From contig DAOSLF010000005.1 in the NCBI GenBank assembly GCA_035368605.1, positions 54,520-118,519 on the forward strand: a stretch of DNA of 64,000 nt, written 5' to 3'. Below the pieces are notes generated by a model. It saw nothing but the letters and a program-made list of their open reading frames with translations. It did not search any database and was not told the DNA's origin. Made by a program: the position numbers and the translations under genes. Source of the DNA: Candidatus Omnitrophota bacterium. Its GTDB lineage: Bacteria; Omnitrophota; Omnitrophia; Omnitrophales; Aquincolibacteriaceae. Of the stretch, positions 35,860 to 47,900 are shown piece by piece. Each line of letters begins with the position of its first letter. Position 1 is the stretch's first letter.

Positions 35860-36589
35860 CATAGGAAACACCGCCTCCAAGGTTGGCCTTTACAAGGCCG
35901 GCAGATTTTTAGACCATCGAACCATGAAGTTTAACGCCGTCCCTGTTTATGCCAATAAATTGATAAAAAGTGGGAAGTATCCCCATCTTGATATCGTTAT
36001 ATGCTCTGTTAACCCTAAAATAACGGCTTTATACAAAAAGAGACTTTTGAGACACAATGATACAAAGCTCGTCATCTGCGGAAAGGATATTGAGGTAAAG
36101 ATACGACATAAATACATTGAACATAATCGGTTAGGTATTGACCGAAGGGTAAGCGTCTATGGAGCCGTCAGAATGTATAGACTCCCCTTGCTCGTTCTGA
36201 GCTACGGAACAGCCCTGACTTGCGATTATATCGATGCAAAAGGATGCTTCCGCGGCGGCATGATTATTCCCGGACCCGGCACAGCACTCAAAGCCCTCGG
36301 GAGAGAAACAGCTTTATTGCCAACGCTCCACTTTCCATCCAAAAGGACCTCTTTTTTGGGACGGACCACAATAGAATGCATGGAATCAGGCATTCTTGAG
36401 GGATATGGATCTTTGACTGACGAACTTGTCCGAAGATTCAAATCCCGTTACGGCTCCTCCATTCGGGTAATCGCGACGGGAGGTCTCGCCAGGACAATTG
36501 CATCCTGCTGTTCTTCAATAGATGTCATTGACCCCATGCACGTTCTAAAGTCCCTTATGGCCCTCTGGCGGGACAACCTCCGGTCTTAG
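35834..36589 (+). CDS. coaX: Type III pantothenate kinase
   Basis: LLAIDIGNTASKVGLY is the ASKHA N-terminus. The birA-coaX adjacency is classic. The coding sequence is markedly lower in GC than its neighbours. Confidence 0.85.
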   Translation: MGKCLLAIDIGNTASKVGLYKAGRFLDHRTMKFNAVPVYANKLIKSGKYPHLDIVICSVNPKITALYKKRLLRHNDTKLVICGKDIEVKIRHKYIEHNRLGIDRRVSVYGAVRMYRLPLLVLSYGTALTCDYIDAKGCFRGGMIIPGPGTALKALGRETALLPTLHFPSKRTSFLGRTTIECMESGILEGYGSLTDELVRRFKSRYGSSIRVIATGGLARTIASCCSSIDVIDPMHVLKSLMALWRDNLRS

Positions 36590-36656
36590 TTTCAAAAACC
36601 TCCCATCCCGGGTCTGACCTTTCATTGTCAAAGCGGGCAGGATAATAAATTTCCGC

Positions 36657-36684
36657 TTGATTTTTTAAGCCCCTTCCTTAAAAT
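36657..36684 (+). promoter_or_regulatory. Putative sigma-70-type promoter of groEL1 (TTGATT, 16-nt spacer, TAAAAT)
   Basis: Seen in the sequence; a CIRCE operator begins 10 nt downstream of the -10 element, which is the usual HrcA-controlled layout. Confidence 0.4.
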
Positions 36685-36693
36685 AGCAATTCC

Positions 36694-36720
36694 TTAGCAC
36701 TCTCGGTTTCGGAGTGCCAA
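36694..36720 (+). promoter_or_regulatory. CIRCE operator (HrcA binding site): TTAGCACTC-N9-GAGTGCCAA
   Basis: It matches the consensus TTAGCACTC-N9-GAGTGCTAA with one mismatch and lies about 80 nt upstream of groEL1. Confidence 0.8.
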
Positions 36721-36796
36721 GACTTCGAAATATCTCTCAGATATCGATCCGGGCCGAATTTCCGGCCTTTCATTAAAACAAAAACAACGGAGGTAA

Positions 36797-38458
<1,662 letters not shown>

Positions 38459-38464
38459 CCTCCC

Positions 38465-38500
38465 CAACCCGCGCGGTTAAAAACTCAACCGCGCGGGTTG
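38465..38500 (+). promoter_or_regulatory. Intercistronic perfect 14-bp inverted repeat (CAACCCGCGCGGTT-N8-AACCGCGCGGGTTG) between groEL1 and groES
   Basis: Seen in the sequence. No T-run follows it. It is a possible partial terminator or mRNA processing/stability element. Confidence 0.4.
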
Positions 38501-38541
38501 ACTCTGGTTCTTAACCACATCAATCATAAGGAGATCAGACA

Positions 38542-38838
38542 ATGAAAGTAAAGCCGTTAGCAGATCGCGTTCTCGTGGAAATCCTCGAAGCCGAGGAAAA
38601 GACCAAGGGCGGTATTATCCTCCCGGACACGGCAAAGGAGGAAAAGACCGAAGGTAAGGTCATCGCCGTCGGCGCCGGAAAAATGCTCGAATCCGGCAAG
38701 ATCCAGCCCGTCGAAGTGAAGAAGGGCGACCGCGTCCTTTTCGGGAAATATTCCGGCGACGATATCATCATCGACGGCACGAAACACAAAATCCTGAAAG
38801 AAAGCGAGATCCTCGCGGTTTACGAGGGTGACAAGTAA
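38542..38838 (+). CDS. groS: Co-chaperonin GroES
   Basis: 98 aa beginning MKVKPLADRVLVEILEAEEKTKGGIILPDTAKEEKTEGKVIAVG, with a TAAGGAG SD upstream. Confidence 0.95.
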   Translation: MKVKPLADRVLVEILEAEEKTKGGIILPDTAKEEKTEGKVIAVGAGKMLESGKIQPVEVKKGDRVLFGKYSGDDIIIDGTKHKILKESEILAVYEGDK

Positions 38839-38953
38839 AATTCCAAATCCGAATATCGAATGCCGGACCGAGGGTTTGTCCGGGATCAGGTCTTCAGGTA
38901 TTGTTTCGTCATTCGGATTTAGAAATTGGGCAGTCTAAAAAAGGAGTCAATCT

Positions 38954-40585
38954 ATGGCAGCTAAATCACTTTCCTATTCCGAAGAAGCGCGTCAGAAGAT
39001 CAAGCGCGGCATCGACATCCTCGCAAGGGCCGTCGCCGTCACTCTCGGTCCGCGCGGCCGGAACGTCGTCATTGACCGCAAGTTCGGCGCCCCGCTCGTC
39101 ACAAAGGACGGCGTCACGGTCGCCAAGGAGATAGACCTGAAGGACCCGTACGAGAATATGGGATGCCAGATGGTCCGCGAGGTCGCCGAAAAGACCTCCG
39201 ATCTCGCCGGCGACGGAACGACGACCGCGACGGTACTCGCCCAGGCCATCGTGACTGAAGGCCTGAAGAACGTCACGGCCGGCGCGAACCCGATGGCCCT
39301 CAAGCGCGGCATCGACAAAGCCACCGAGAAGATCGTCGAATCCGTGAAGAAGCTCTCCAAGACCGTCAAGGGCAAGGAAGACGTCAAAGCCGTCGGCACG
39401 ATCAGCGCCAACAATGACGCTTCGATCGGTGAGATTCTCGCCGACGCGATCGAGAAGGTCGGCAAGGACGGCGTCATCACGGTCGAAGAGGCAAAAGGCA
39501 TGAAGACCGAACTTGAGATCGTCGAAGGCATGCAGTTCGACCGCGGTTATTCGTCCCCGTATTTCGCGACGGACACCGAGCGGATGGAGGTCGTCCTGAA
39601 GGAGCCATACATCCTTCTTTATGAAAAGAAGATCGCCTCCGTCAAGGACCTCGTGCCGATGCTCGAGAAGGTCGCGCGTCTCGGCAAACCGCTTCTCATC
39701 ATCTCCGAGGACATCGAGGGTGAGGCGCTCGCGACACTCGTGGTCAACAAGCTCCGCGGCGTGCTCCAGATCGCGGCCGTCAAGGCACCCGGTTTCGGCG
39801 ACCGCCGCAAGGCGATGATGGAGGATATCGCGATCCTGACCAAGGGGAAATTCATCTCCGAGGATCTCGGCGTAAAGCTCGAGAACGTGGAGCTCGATAT
39901 GCTCGGCACCGCGAAACGGGTCGTGATCGATAAGGACGACACCACGATCGTCGGCGGCGCAGGTTCCGACAAGGACATCAAGGCCCGCTGCGAACAGATC
40001 AAGGTCCAGATCGAGAAATCCGATTCGGACTACGACAAGGAGAAGCTCCTGGAACGCATCGCGAAACTTTCCGGCGGTGTCGCCGTCGTGAAGGTCGGCG
40101 CGGCCACCGAGGTTGAGATGAAAGAGACCAAGGCCCGCGTTGAGGACGCTCATCACGCCACCCGCGCGGCGCTCCAGGAAGGGATCGTCCCCGGCGGCGG
40201 CGTCGCGCTGCTCCGCGCCATCGAATCGCTCGACACCCTCAAGCTGAAAGGCGACGAGGCAACGGGCGTGCAGATCGTGCGGCGCGCGATCGAGGAACCG
40301 GCCCGCAAGATCGCTTCTAACGCCGGTTTTGACGGCTCGGTTGTCGTGAAGAAGATTCTCGAGGGCAAGAACGGTTTCGGTTTCAACGCCCAGACCGGCA
40401 AGTTCTCGGATCTTCTTGAGGACGCGGTCATCGACCCGGCCAAGGTCGTTCGCGTCGCGATCGAGAACGCGACCTCGATCGCCGGTCTCATTCTCACGAC
40501 CGAATGCGTGGTCGCGGAGAAACCCAGGGAAAAGAAAGAGGACGAGAAAAAACCGGCCTCGAACTATTCCGGCAGCATCCGGTAA
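38954..40585 (+). CDS. groL: Chaperonin GroEL, copy 2, with no GGM tail (ends [17 protein letters not shown])
   Basis: 543 aa, a paralogue of copy 1 at roughly 70% amino-acid identity. It shares a 56-nt perfectly identical tract with copy 1 (37105-37160 versus 39267-39322). Confidence 0.95.
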   Translation: MAAKSLSYSEEARQKIKRGIDILARAVAVTLGPRGRNVVIDRKFGAPLVTKDGVTVAKEIDLKDPYENMGCQMVREVAEKTSDLAGDGTTTATVLAQAIVTEGLKNVTAGANPMALKRGIDKATEKIVESVKKLSKTVKGKEDVKAVGTISANNDASIGEILADAIEKVGKDGVITVEEAKGMKTELEIVEGMQFDRGYSSPYFATDTERMEVVLKEPYILLYEKKIASVKDLVPMLEKVARLGKPLLIISEDIEGEALATLVVNKLRGVLQIAAVKAPGFGDRRKAMMEDIAILTKGKFISEDLGVKLENVELDMLGTAKRVVIDKDDTTIVGGAGSDKDIKARCEQIKVQIEKSDSDYDKEKLLERIAKLSGGVAVVKVGAATEVEMKETKARVEDAHHATRAALQEGIVPGGGVALLRAIESLDTLKLKGDEATGVQIVRRAIEEPARKIASNAGFDGSVVVKKILEGKNGFGFNAQTGKFSDLLEDAVIDPAKVVRVAIENATSIAGLILTTECVVAEKPREKKEDEKKPASNYSGSIR

Positions 40586-40593
40586 GCGGTTCG

Positions 40594-40640
40594 AAAAACC
40601 CCGTTCCCGCGCAAGCGGGAGCGGGGTTTTTTTATGCCTT
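40594..40640. terminator. Bidirectional rho-independent terminator between groEL2 (+) and the NapH-like gene (-)
   Basis: AAAAACC-CCCGTTCCCGC-GCAA-GCGGGAGCGGGG-TTTTTTT. The A-run and T-run flank a 12-bp GC stem, and the T-run overlaps the stop of the minus-strand gene. Confidence 0.7.
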
Positions 40641-41351
40641 TTTCCGGAAACTTGAGACCAGCGAATCGATCGTGCCGACCGGACAAAGATAACGGCACCA
40701 GAATTTCGGCACAAAGAACGCCGCGACGACACATGCGACCGCGAACAAGGCCGTTACCTTGAGAAAATCGTAACGCCCCACATCGAAAAAATTCAACCAC
40801 GGCCACCGGAAAAGCGTCGCGAGATAAAACCCGAGTGCCGCAAAGAGCGCGGCATACGCCGTCCCGGCGAACCACGCGGAAAACCGCCAATGCCGCCGCG
40901 TGATCCTGGACAACGCCTCCTGGAAAGTGCCGAACGGGCAGAGCAAATCGCACCACGACCTCCCGGCAAGATTCAGCAGCAGGAAACCGTTGAACAGGAA
41001 CACCCTTGAGATCCCCCACGGGCACGGATGAGGACACGCGCGGCAAAAAACGTAGGGGACCTTGAAATAACACCTGAGAAGCGGGAAGAAAGCGACCGGC
41101 AGGAAAAGAAGACCGCCGGTCCATTGCAGCCAGCGGCGCGGGATCGCTCTTCCGCAGAACCTTCCGACAATCCAGAGAACAAGCGTGACGCCCAAAGCCC
41201 CCCGGATAAGGGAAGCGTACGTCCCGCCCCAGAAAACACGAACCGCGGGGTGATCGGGAAAGACGAGGATCGCCACGGAAAGGACCGCGATAAAAAAAAG
41301 AAAGGCGATAGTGACCGCGTAAGCGCGCACCCCCGGATTCATCTCTTTCAT
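40632..41351 (-). CDS. Polytopic membrane protein with CX3CP motifs (NapH/NosR/MauN-like), lacking a C-terminal ferredoxin domain
   Basis: CRACPHPCPWG, WCDLLCPFG and WCRYLCPVG lie in loops between hydrophobic segments. Start assumed at MKEMNPGV; the listed ORF extends to 41429. Confidence 0.55.
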   Translation of the reverse strand: MKEMNPGVRAYAVTIAFLFFIAVLSVAILVFPDHPAVRVFWGGTYASLIRGALGVTLVLWIVGRFCGRAIPRRWLQWTGGLLFLPVAFFPLLRCYFKVPYVFCRACPHPCPWGISRVFLFNGFLLLNLAGRSWCDLLCPFGTFQEALSRITRRHWRFSAWFAGTAYAALFAALGFYLATLFRWPWLNFFDVGRYDFLKVTALFAVACVVAAFFVPKFWCRYLCPVGTIDSLVSSFRKKA

Positions 41352-41490
41352 TTTCCTTCCCCCTGCCGTTTTTTCCCGAAGAATCTTCGCCGGCACGCCA
41401 AGCATATCACGATTTTTCCGGATTTTCACGGTCCGCGGATCTTTCGCGCAAGGATTATTTTTCGCCGGAAATTTTTCTTTGAATTAGCGA

Positions 41491-41518
41491 TTGACTTCGC
41501 TTTCTCGGGTGCTAAAAT
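41491..41518 (+). promoter_or_regulatory. Candidate sigma-70 promoter (TTGACT-16-TAAAAT) about 265 nt upstream of nrdJ
   Basis: Sequence match only. It would leave a long 5' UTR containing the NrdR boxes. Alternative promoters nearer the ATG are not excluded. Confidence 0.3.
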
Positions 41519-41701
41519 CCCACCCGCTCGATTCGGTTCTTTAATATTCTTCGGAGTTTTTTTACAAAAATTTTTCAGAGCTTCAAAACCGCCGGAACTT
41601 CGCTCCGGATTCCGGACGGTTCAAAGACACGGCACGGAGCAACGCTTGAACTGACACGATGAAAATCAGAAACTTTGTTTCAGTAGAAGTTTTCGCATCG
41701 A

Positions 41702-41748
41702 ATACTACATATAGTATTTCTCCTTCCATTAATTCACAAAATATAGTA
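41702..41748 (+). promoter_or_regulatory. Two NrdR boxes (ATACTACATATAGTAT and CACAAAATATAGTAAA) with about 31-bp centre-to-centre spacing
   Basis: Both match the 16-bp NrdR consensus acaCwAtATaTwGtgt, and the tandem arrangement about 3 helical turns apart upstream of an RNR gene is as expected from established knowledge. Confidence 0.6.
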
Positions 41749-41783
41749 AAGGTTTTAAAAAGCCTTTACCGGAGGCGCTCCCA

Positions 41784-44700
41784 ATGAGTAATAAAGAAGA
41801 CAGAAAAAGCTCGTCCGTGATCACTAATTCTTCCGGAAAAGGCATCGAAATCCGCCGTTATTTCACGCGCGCGGGCGTCAATCCCCTCGACGAGGTCAAA
41901 TACACGCGGCGCAGCTCCGTGATCACGAACCCGGACGGTTCAGTGGTCTTCAGGATGGAGAACGCCGAAGTCCCGGAATCCTGGAGTCAGCTCGCGACCG
42001 ATATCGTCGTCTCCAAATACTTCCGCAAGGCAGGCGTCCCCGGGACGGGAAGCGAAACGAGCGTCCGCCAGCTTGTTCATCGCGTCGCCCACTCGATCCG
42101 GCTTGCCGGGGAGCGGCTCGGGAATTATTTCCGGACCGGGGAAGACGCCCAGGCCTTCGAGGATGAGCTCCTCCACCTGCTCGTGGAACAGAAATGCGCC
42201 TTCAACTCCCCCGTCTGGTTCAACTGCGGGCTCGACCTCTACCATATTAAAGGAAGCGGCGGCAACTGGTACTGGGACCCCGAAACGGATTCGGTGCGCG
42301 AAACGACGGATGCCTATGCCCACCCCCAGTGTTCCGCCTGTTTCATTCAGTCCGTGGAAGACGACCTGATGTCGATCTTCGACCTGGTCAAGAACGAGGC
42401 ACGTCTTTTCAAATACGGCTCCGGTACGGGCACCAATTTCTCGAAGATTCGCGGACGCATGGAAAAACTCTCGGGCGGCGGCACCTCGTCCGGCCTCATG
42501 TCTTTCCTCGAAGTGCTCGATCGCGGGGCAGGCGCCACGAAGTCCGGCGGCACGACGCGGCGCGCGGCAAAGATGGTCTGTCTCGACATGGACCATCCCG
42601 AGATCGTGGACTTCATCAACTGGAAAGTCCGCGAGGAACGCAAGGTCGCGGCGCTGATCGCGGCCGGCTATTCCTCCGACTTCAACGGAGAGGCCTACAA
42701 GACCGTCGGCGGCCAGAACGCCAACAATTCCGTCCGCATCTCCGATGAGTTCATGAAATCCTGCATGGAAAACGGCAAGTGGCAGACGACCTTCCGAACG
42801 ACAGGCCAGGTCTGCGATACCTACGACACGCGCCACCTGATGCGGCAGATCTCCTTCGCCGCATGGGCCTGCGCGGACCCGGGCGTCCAGTTTGATACCA
42901 CGATCAATGACTGGCACACCTGTGCCGGCACCGGCAAGATCCGGGCCTCGAACCCCTGCTCGGAGTTCATGTTCCTGGACAACACCGCCTGCAACCTGTC
43001 CTCCATCAACGTGATGAAGTACCTGAACGAGGACGGGACCTTCGATATCGAGGCCTTCCGCCACACAATCCGGGTCTTCACGACCGCCATGGAAATCATC
43101 GTCGATCACGCATCCTACCCGACGAAAGAAATCGCGCAGAACAGCCATCTCTACCGTCCTCTCGGGCTCGGCTACGCGAACCTCGGCACGCTGCTCATGG
43201 TCTCGGGCATTCCCTACGACAGTCCGAAGGCCTTCGCGATCTGCTCGGCCATCACGGCGATCATGACAGGTCACGCCTACAAGACCTCGGCGGAACTCGC
43301 GGCCGCCAAAGGACCGTTCACCGAATACGCCAGGAACGAATCCTCCATGCTGCGCGTCATCGAAAAGCACCGTGCCGCCGCCTATCAGATCCCCTCCGAG
43401 CACTGCTGGGACGACCTGCTCAAGGCCGCGCAGGAGGACTGGGACCTCGCGCTCGAGTTCGGCAAGCACCACGGCTACCGGAACGCCCAGGTCTCCGTGA
43501 TCGCCCCGACCGGGACCATCGGCCTTCTGATGGACTGTGATACGACCGGCATCGAACCGGATTTCGCGCTCGTGAAGTTCAAGAAGCTGGCCGGCGGCGG
43601 GCACTTCAAGATCATCAATCAATCCGTGCCCGAGGCCCTCAAGCGGCTCGGATACAGTGCGGTCGAGGTCCAGAATATCGTCGAGTACATCCAGGGTACC
43701 GCGAGACTCGATGGCACGCCGTGGATCAACCGCGAGACGTTGACTGAAAAGGGTTTCACGACCCAGGATCTCGCGAAGATCGAGGCGGTCCTGCCCTCGG
43801 TCTTCGATCTCGGTTTCGCGTTCACGAAATGGACGCTCGGCGAGGAAACCCTGAAACGTCTCGGCTTCAAGCCGGAAGACTATAACCGGCCCGATTTTAA
43901 TCCCCTCGAAACCCTCGGTTTCTCTCATTCCGAGATCGAAGAGGCCAACAACGTCATCTGCGGCATGATGACGATCGAGGGCGCGCCGCACCTCAAGCAC
44001 GAGCATCTCCCCGTCTTCGACTGCGCGAACAAGTGCGGCAAGTACGGCAAGCGCTATCTTGAGGCGATGTCGCATGTCCGCATGATGGCCGCGGCGCAGC
44101 CTTTCATCTCGGGCGCGATCTCCAAAACCGTGAACCTGCCGAACGAAATGACCGTCGAGGAGATCGAGGACATCTACATCCAGGCGTGGAAGATGGGCCT
44201 CAAGGCCGTCGCGCTCTACCGGGACGGCTCCAAATTGTCTCAACCTCTCAATACGAAATCCAAGGAATCCGCGGGCGAGAAACCGGAGACGCCGAAACTG
44301 GAACGGAAACGGCTCCCGAAAAAACGGATCGGCATGACCGTGGAGGCCAGGGTCGGCGGTCAGAAGGTCTACCTGCGAACCGGCGAGTACGCCGACGGCG
44401 AGCTCGGCGAAATCTTCATCGATATCCACAAGGAAGGCGCGGCGTTCCGCTCAATGATGAACTGCTTCGCGATCGCCGTTTCGCTCGGTCTCCAGTACGG
44501 CGTTCCGCTCGAGGAATTCGTGAACGTGTTCACCTTCACGCGTTTCGAGCCGCAGGGCATGGTGGAGCATCCGAACATCAAGATATCCACCTCAATCGTG
44601 GACTACATGTTCCGCGTGTTGGGGATGGAATACCTGGGTCGCACCGACTTCGTCCAGGTGCCGCCCGACCCTTCGACACTGGCCATCGCCCGAAAATCCC

Positions 44701-44903
44701 AGCCCTTGGCCGAGACGCCCGTGAAGACCTCCGCGCAAACGCCCGGCAAGGAACTTTCCAAAGGCAAGGCATCCGGAGCCAACGAGCATCTTTCACAGAT
44801 GATGGGAGATGCGCCGTTCTGTCCGAACTGCGGGCATGTCACGGTAAGGAGCGGGGCTTGCTACAAGTGCCTGAACTGCGGGAGCAGTCTGGGCTGTTCC
44901 TGA
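41784..44903 (+). CDS. nrdJ: Adenosylcobalamin-dependent (class II) ribonucleotide reductase
   Basis: 1039 aa with RNR 10-stranded barrel motifs and no R2 partner. The C-terminal Zn-ribbon [21 protein letters not shown] is typical of NrdJ. Confidence 0.9.
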   Translation: MSNKEDRKSSSVITNSSGKGIEIRRYFTRAGVNPLDEVKYTRRSSVITNPDGSVVFRMENAEVPESWSQLATDIVVSKYFRKAGVPGTGSETSVRQLVHRVAHSIRLAGERLGNYFRTGEDAQAFEDELLHLLVEQKCAFNSPVWFNCGLDLYHIKGSGGNWYWDPETDSVRETTDAYAHPQCSACFIQSVEDDLMSIFDLVKNEARLFKYGSGTGTNFSKIRGRMEKLSGGGTSSGLMSFLEVLDRGAGATKSGGTTRRAAKMVCLDMDHPEIVDFINWKVREERKVAALIAAGYSSDFNGEAYKTVGGQNANNSVRISDEFMKSCMENGKWQTTFRTTGQVCDTYDTRHLMRQISFAAWACADPGVQFDTTINDWHTCAGTGKIRASNPCSEFMFLDNTACNLSSINVMKYLNEDGTFDIEAFRHTIRVFTTAMEIIVDHASYPTKEIAQNSHLYRPLGLGYANLGTLLMVSGIPYDSPKAFAICSAITAIMTGHAYKTSAELAAAKGPFTEYARNESSMLRVIEKHRAAAYQIPSEHCWDDLLKAAQEDWDLALEFGKHHGYRNAQVSVIAPTGTIGLLMDCDTTGIEPDFALVKFKKLAGGGHFKIINQSVPEALKRLGYSAVEVQNIVEYIQGTARLDGTPWINRETLTEKGFTTQDLAKIEAVLPSVFDLGFAFTKWTLGEETLKRLGFKPEDYNRPDFNPLETLGFSHSEIEEANNVICGMMTIEGAPHLKHEHLPVFDCANKCGKYGKRYLEAMSHVRMMAAAQPFISGAISKTVNLPNEMTVEEIEDIYIQAWKMGLKAVALYRDGSKLSQPLNTKSKESAGEKPETPKLERKRLPKKRIGMTVEARVGGQKVYLRTGEYADGELGEIFIDIHKEGAAFRSMMNCFAIAVSLGLQYGVPLEEFVNVFTFTRFEPQGMVEHPNIKISTSIVDYMFRVLGMEYLGRTDFVQVPPDPSTLAIARKSQPLAETPVKTSAQTPGKELSKGKASGANEHLSQMMGDAPFCPNCGHVTVRSGACYKCLNCGSSLGCS

Positions 44904-44912
44904 TCCGCGGTT

Positions 44913-44954
44913 CCGGTCTTCACGCCGCCCGGTCCTCCCCGGAGGGAAGACCGG
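44913..44954. other. GC-rich hairpin (9-bp stem CCGGTCTTC/GAAGACCGG) in the convergent nrdJ / giant-gene intergenic region
   Basis: Seen in the sequence; there is no adjacent U-run, so terminator function is uncertain. Confidence 0.3.
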
Positions 44955-44976
44955 GCCTTATCTAGGGCGAGCCCCG

Positions 44977-47900
44977 TCAAGCCGTCGCGGCCTGAGGCGG
45001 GTAGATCGCCACTTTCCTTTGCGCGTTGGACAGGGCGGGTCCGCTCTTGAACGGACTCTTTGACACATCGCGCTCGACCTTGAGGACCCTGATGGGACCT
45101 CTCGGCTGGGAGATGTCCCTGGGCAGGATCAGCTCATTGTGGATGAGCGTCGCGCCGGCCACACCCTCAAAAGCCTGGCGGAGCATCCATCCCGCGGCGC
45201 CGGTATAGCCGTTCCAGATCATGCGCCCCGGCTCGAACGTCGTGAGGAAGTCGGCCGGCTGTTTGTTCGGCTGTCCGCCGTAGATTTCGATCTCCTCCGG
45301 CGTCACGTGAGCGAGCGGCGAGATCTTCGACCAGAGACGGAACGACGTCGCGCGGTATTCGTCCGCTTTCGCGCGATCACCGCGTTTCTCGTATTCCTCG
45401 GCGATCAGGCGCGCGGCACGGACAAGCCACTGGACACCGTGGCAGTACATGCCGTTCTCGCGAACGCCTTCGGGATACTTGCTGCTCCGTCCGAGGTACG
45501 GCTTCGTGTCCTCACGCAGGGCCGGCCATCCGAGGAGGATGACGCTGCCGCGTTCAAGAACCGAAAGGGCCGTGTTGAAGATGGTGACCCCGCGATCGAA
45601 GTTGATCCCTGTATAGACCGACCAGGCGGCCGTCAGGGCATCGATCTCCCACACCCCGCTGTCCTTCACGCCGATCTCGGTGCCATCGTCGTGAATCGCG
45701 CGAAGGTAGCGGTCACCACGCCAGGTCTTCTCCAGCGCCGTGGCCAGGTCCTTCATTTTCGCGGTGTAATGTTCCTTGCGTTTCACGCCATCCTTGCGCT
45801 CGATCGCCGGAAGCATCTCGCGCAGGATGTAATAGAGGAAGAACCCGAGCCACACGCTCTCGCCCTTCCCCCCGCTGCCGATCTCGTCGAGACCGTCGTT
45901 CCAGTCGCCGACACCCATGAGAGGAAGACCGTTCCGTCCCATGCGGTGATCCAGGACTGTGTCGATCGACCGCATGCAGTGGCGGTAGACCGTGTCGGCC
46001 CGGGTCGAACGTCCATAAAGGGCGCCCCACCCGTGCTTGTTCTTCGGGAGCGGCGCGAACGGGAACTCGGACGTCACATACGACGTCATCTCGTCCAGGA
46101 TCGTGTCATCGCCCGTGATGCGGATGTACTCGCCGACCCCCCACGCGATCCAGAGCAGGTTGTCGGAGGCGTGCGACCGGCACGAAAAGGCCGAACGGCC
46201 GTCCGTCAGCGTGAAGAACCAGTGGAACACGTCGCCCTCGATGAACTGCTGGGAGGCATGCAGGATGATTTGCTTGCGCGCGAGCGCGGGGTCCACCCAT
46301 GTGAGGTTGACCGTATCCTGCAGCTGGTCGCGGAAGCCGAACGCGCCGCTCGTCTGGTAGAAACCGCGGCGGGCCCAGATGCGTTCCGCGAGGGCCTGAT
46401 ATTTCAGCCAGTTGAGGTAACGATCGAACTCGGGCTGGTTCGTCTGAAGCGTGGTCGTGCCCATGAGCCCAAGCCACCATTTCCGGGTCTCATCAAGCGT
46501 CGTCTTGACCATCTCCATATTCTTGTACTTCTGGACCAGCTGGATCGCATGCTTCCTGTGGTCGGTCTGCCCGAGAATGATGGCGACCGTGCGCTCCCCG
46601 CGCGCCGGGACTTCCAGCGTCCCGACAAAAGCCGCGACCTGCGCATTATCGGTCATTTGCAGCGCATCCGGTTCCGCGCGCTCGACAAAATAGGGGTCCA
46701 CGGGACCCCGCCCGCTTCCAAAGAAGCAGCCGCGTTTTGTCGTGACGTTATCCGCCGGAATCGACATTGAAACGAAGGCCGACCCGGTGCGGAAGGTGTT
46801 CCTCGGATTTTCGAAGAAAAGGGCGTCCAGCGCCTTGTCGTACTTCGTAACGAGCGGGCCCGAACGTTCCGGCTGGAACGCGAGCGCCATCTGGAAATAC
46901 GGGGCGACGCGGATCTTGCGCGCCTGGTCCTCGTGGTTGCGGACCGTCAGGAGGTAAACCCCCATCGGGTCTTCCGTCGGCACGAACACCGTCAGTTCGG
47001 TCGAGAGGTTCCCCTTGGACATCCGGAAAACCGCCGTTCCGTCCACGCCGAATTCGCACTCGTTCTTCGCGGCCGTGTCGTTCAGCGGGTGATGCGTCGG
47101 CGAATACCACTCACCGCGGTCCGGCTCATACAGGTAGATCGCCTCCGACGGGATCTCACGCGTCACCGTGTCCGGCCAGTCGGGCGTCACGCGGTTCTGC
47201 TGGGAATTCCCGTTACAGGAGGTGTGAAGACCGCGATTCGTGACCATCACGGAATGCACGGGGTTCGCCATGCCGTGATCGAACGGGCGCGGCGTGTAGG
47301 GGGTCTTGACGAGCAGCCGGTCCCCGTCGTTCTTGAATTCGTAATAGGGCTGCGGGGTTCCCTCCGGAATCTCGCCATGACCGATCAAAAGCGCGTGCTT
47401 TTTCGGCTGGAACGCGGACGGGATTTTTTTCGGGTCCGGCTTCAGGTGCTTCGCGATCATCTCAAGCGCCTGTTCTTTCTTTTTCGCGTAGCCGATCATG
47501 AGTTTCACGGTCTTTTTCGCGCCGGCGGCAAGCGGCAGATGGATCAGGAAACTGCCGATCGGATCGAAAGTCGGGCAGGCCGGCGTGTCCTTCGCCTCGA
47601 GAAAATCAAGCGTCTCGACGATCCGCGGCGACCAGATGCTGCGCGCGCGGCCGATGAAATCGACGCGCCCCGTCAGGAAGCCTTCGGGGGCGATATCGGA
47701 CGCGAGGAATCCCATGGACTTCGTGCTCTTGTTCCAGGAAAGCATCGCGTTCGAGGCGTTCACGTACTGCATCTCGGGATAAAGCCGCTGGTACTGCGTG
47801 TGGAAACGGTCATGCATCCACCCGTTCAGCACCCATTCGAGGTACGGGACGACCTTGAGCTGGCGCTCGCGGTCCGTCAGGTTCTCGACGGTAATGCTCC

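Noticed and set aside
44913-44954. Hairpin between the convergent nrdJ and giant gene, as a bidirectional intrinsic terminator
   Set aside because: It has a stable stem but no flanking U-tract on either strand. It is kept only as a low-confidence 'other' feature.
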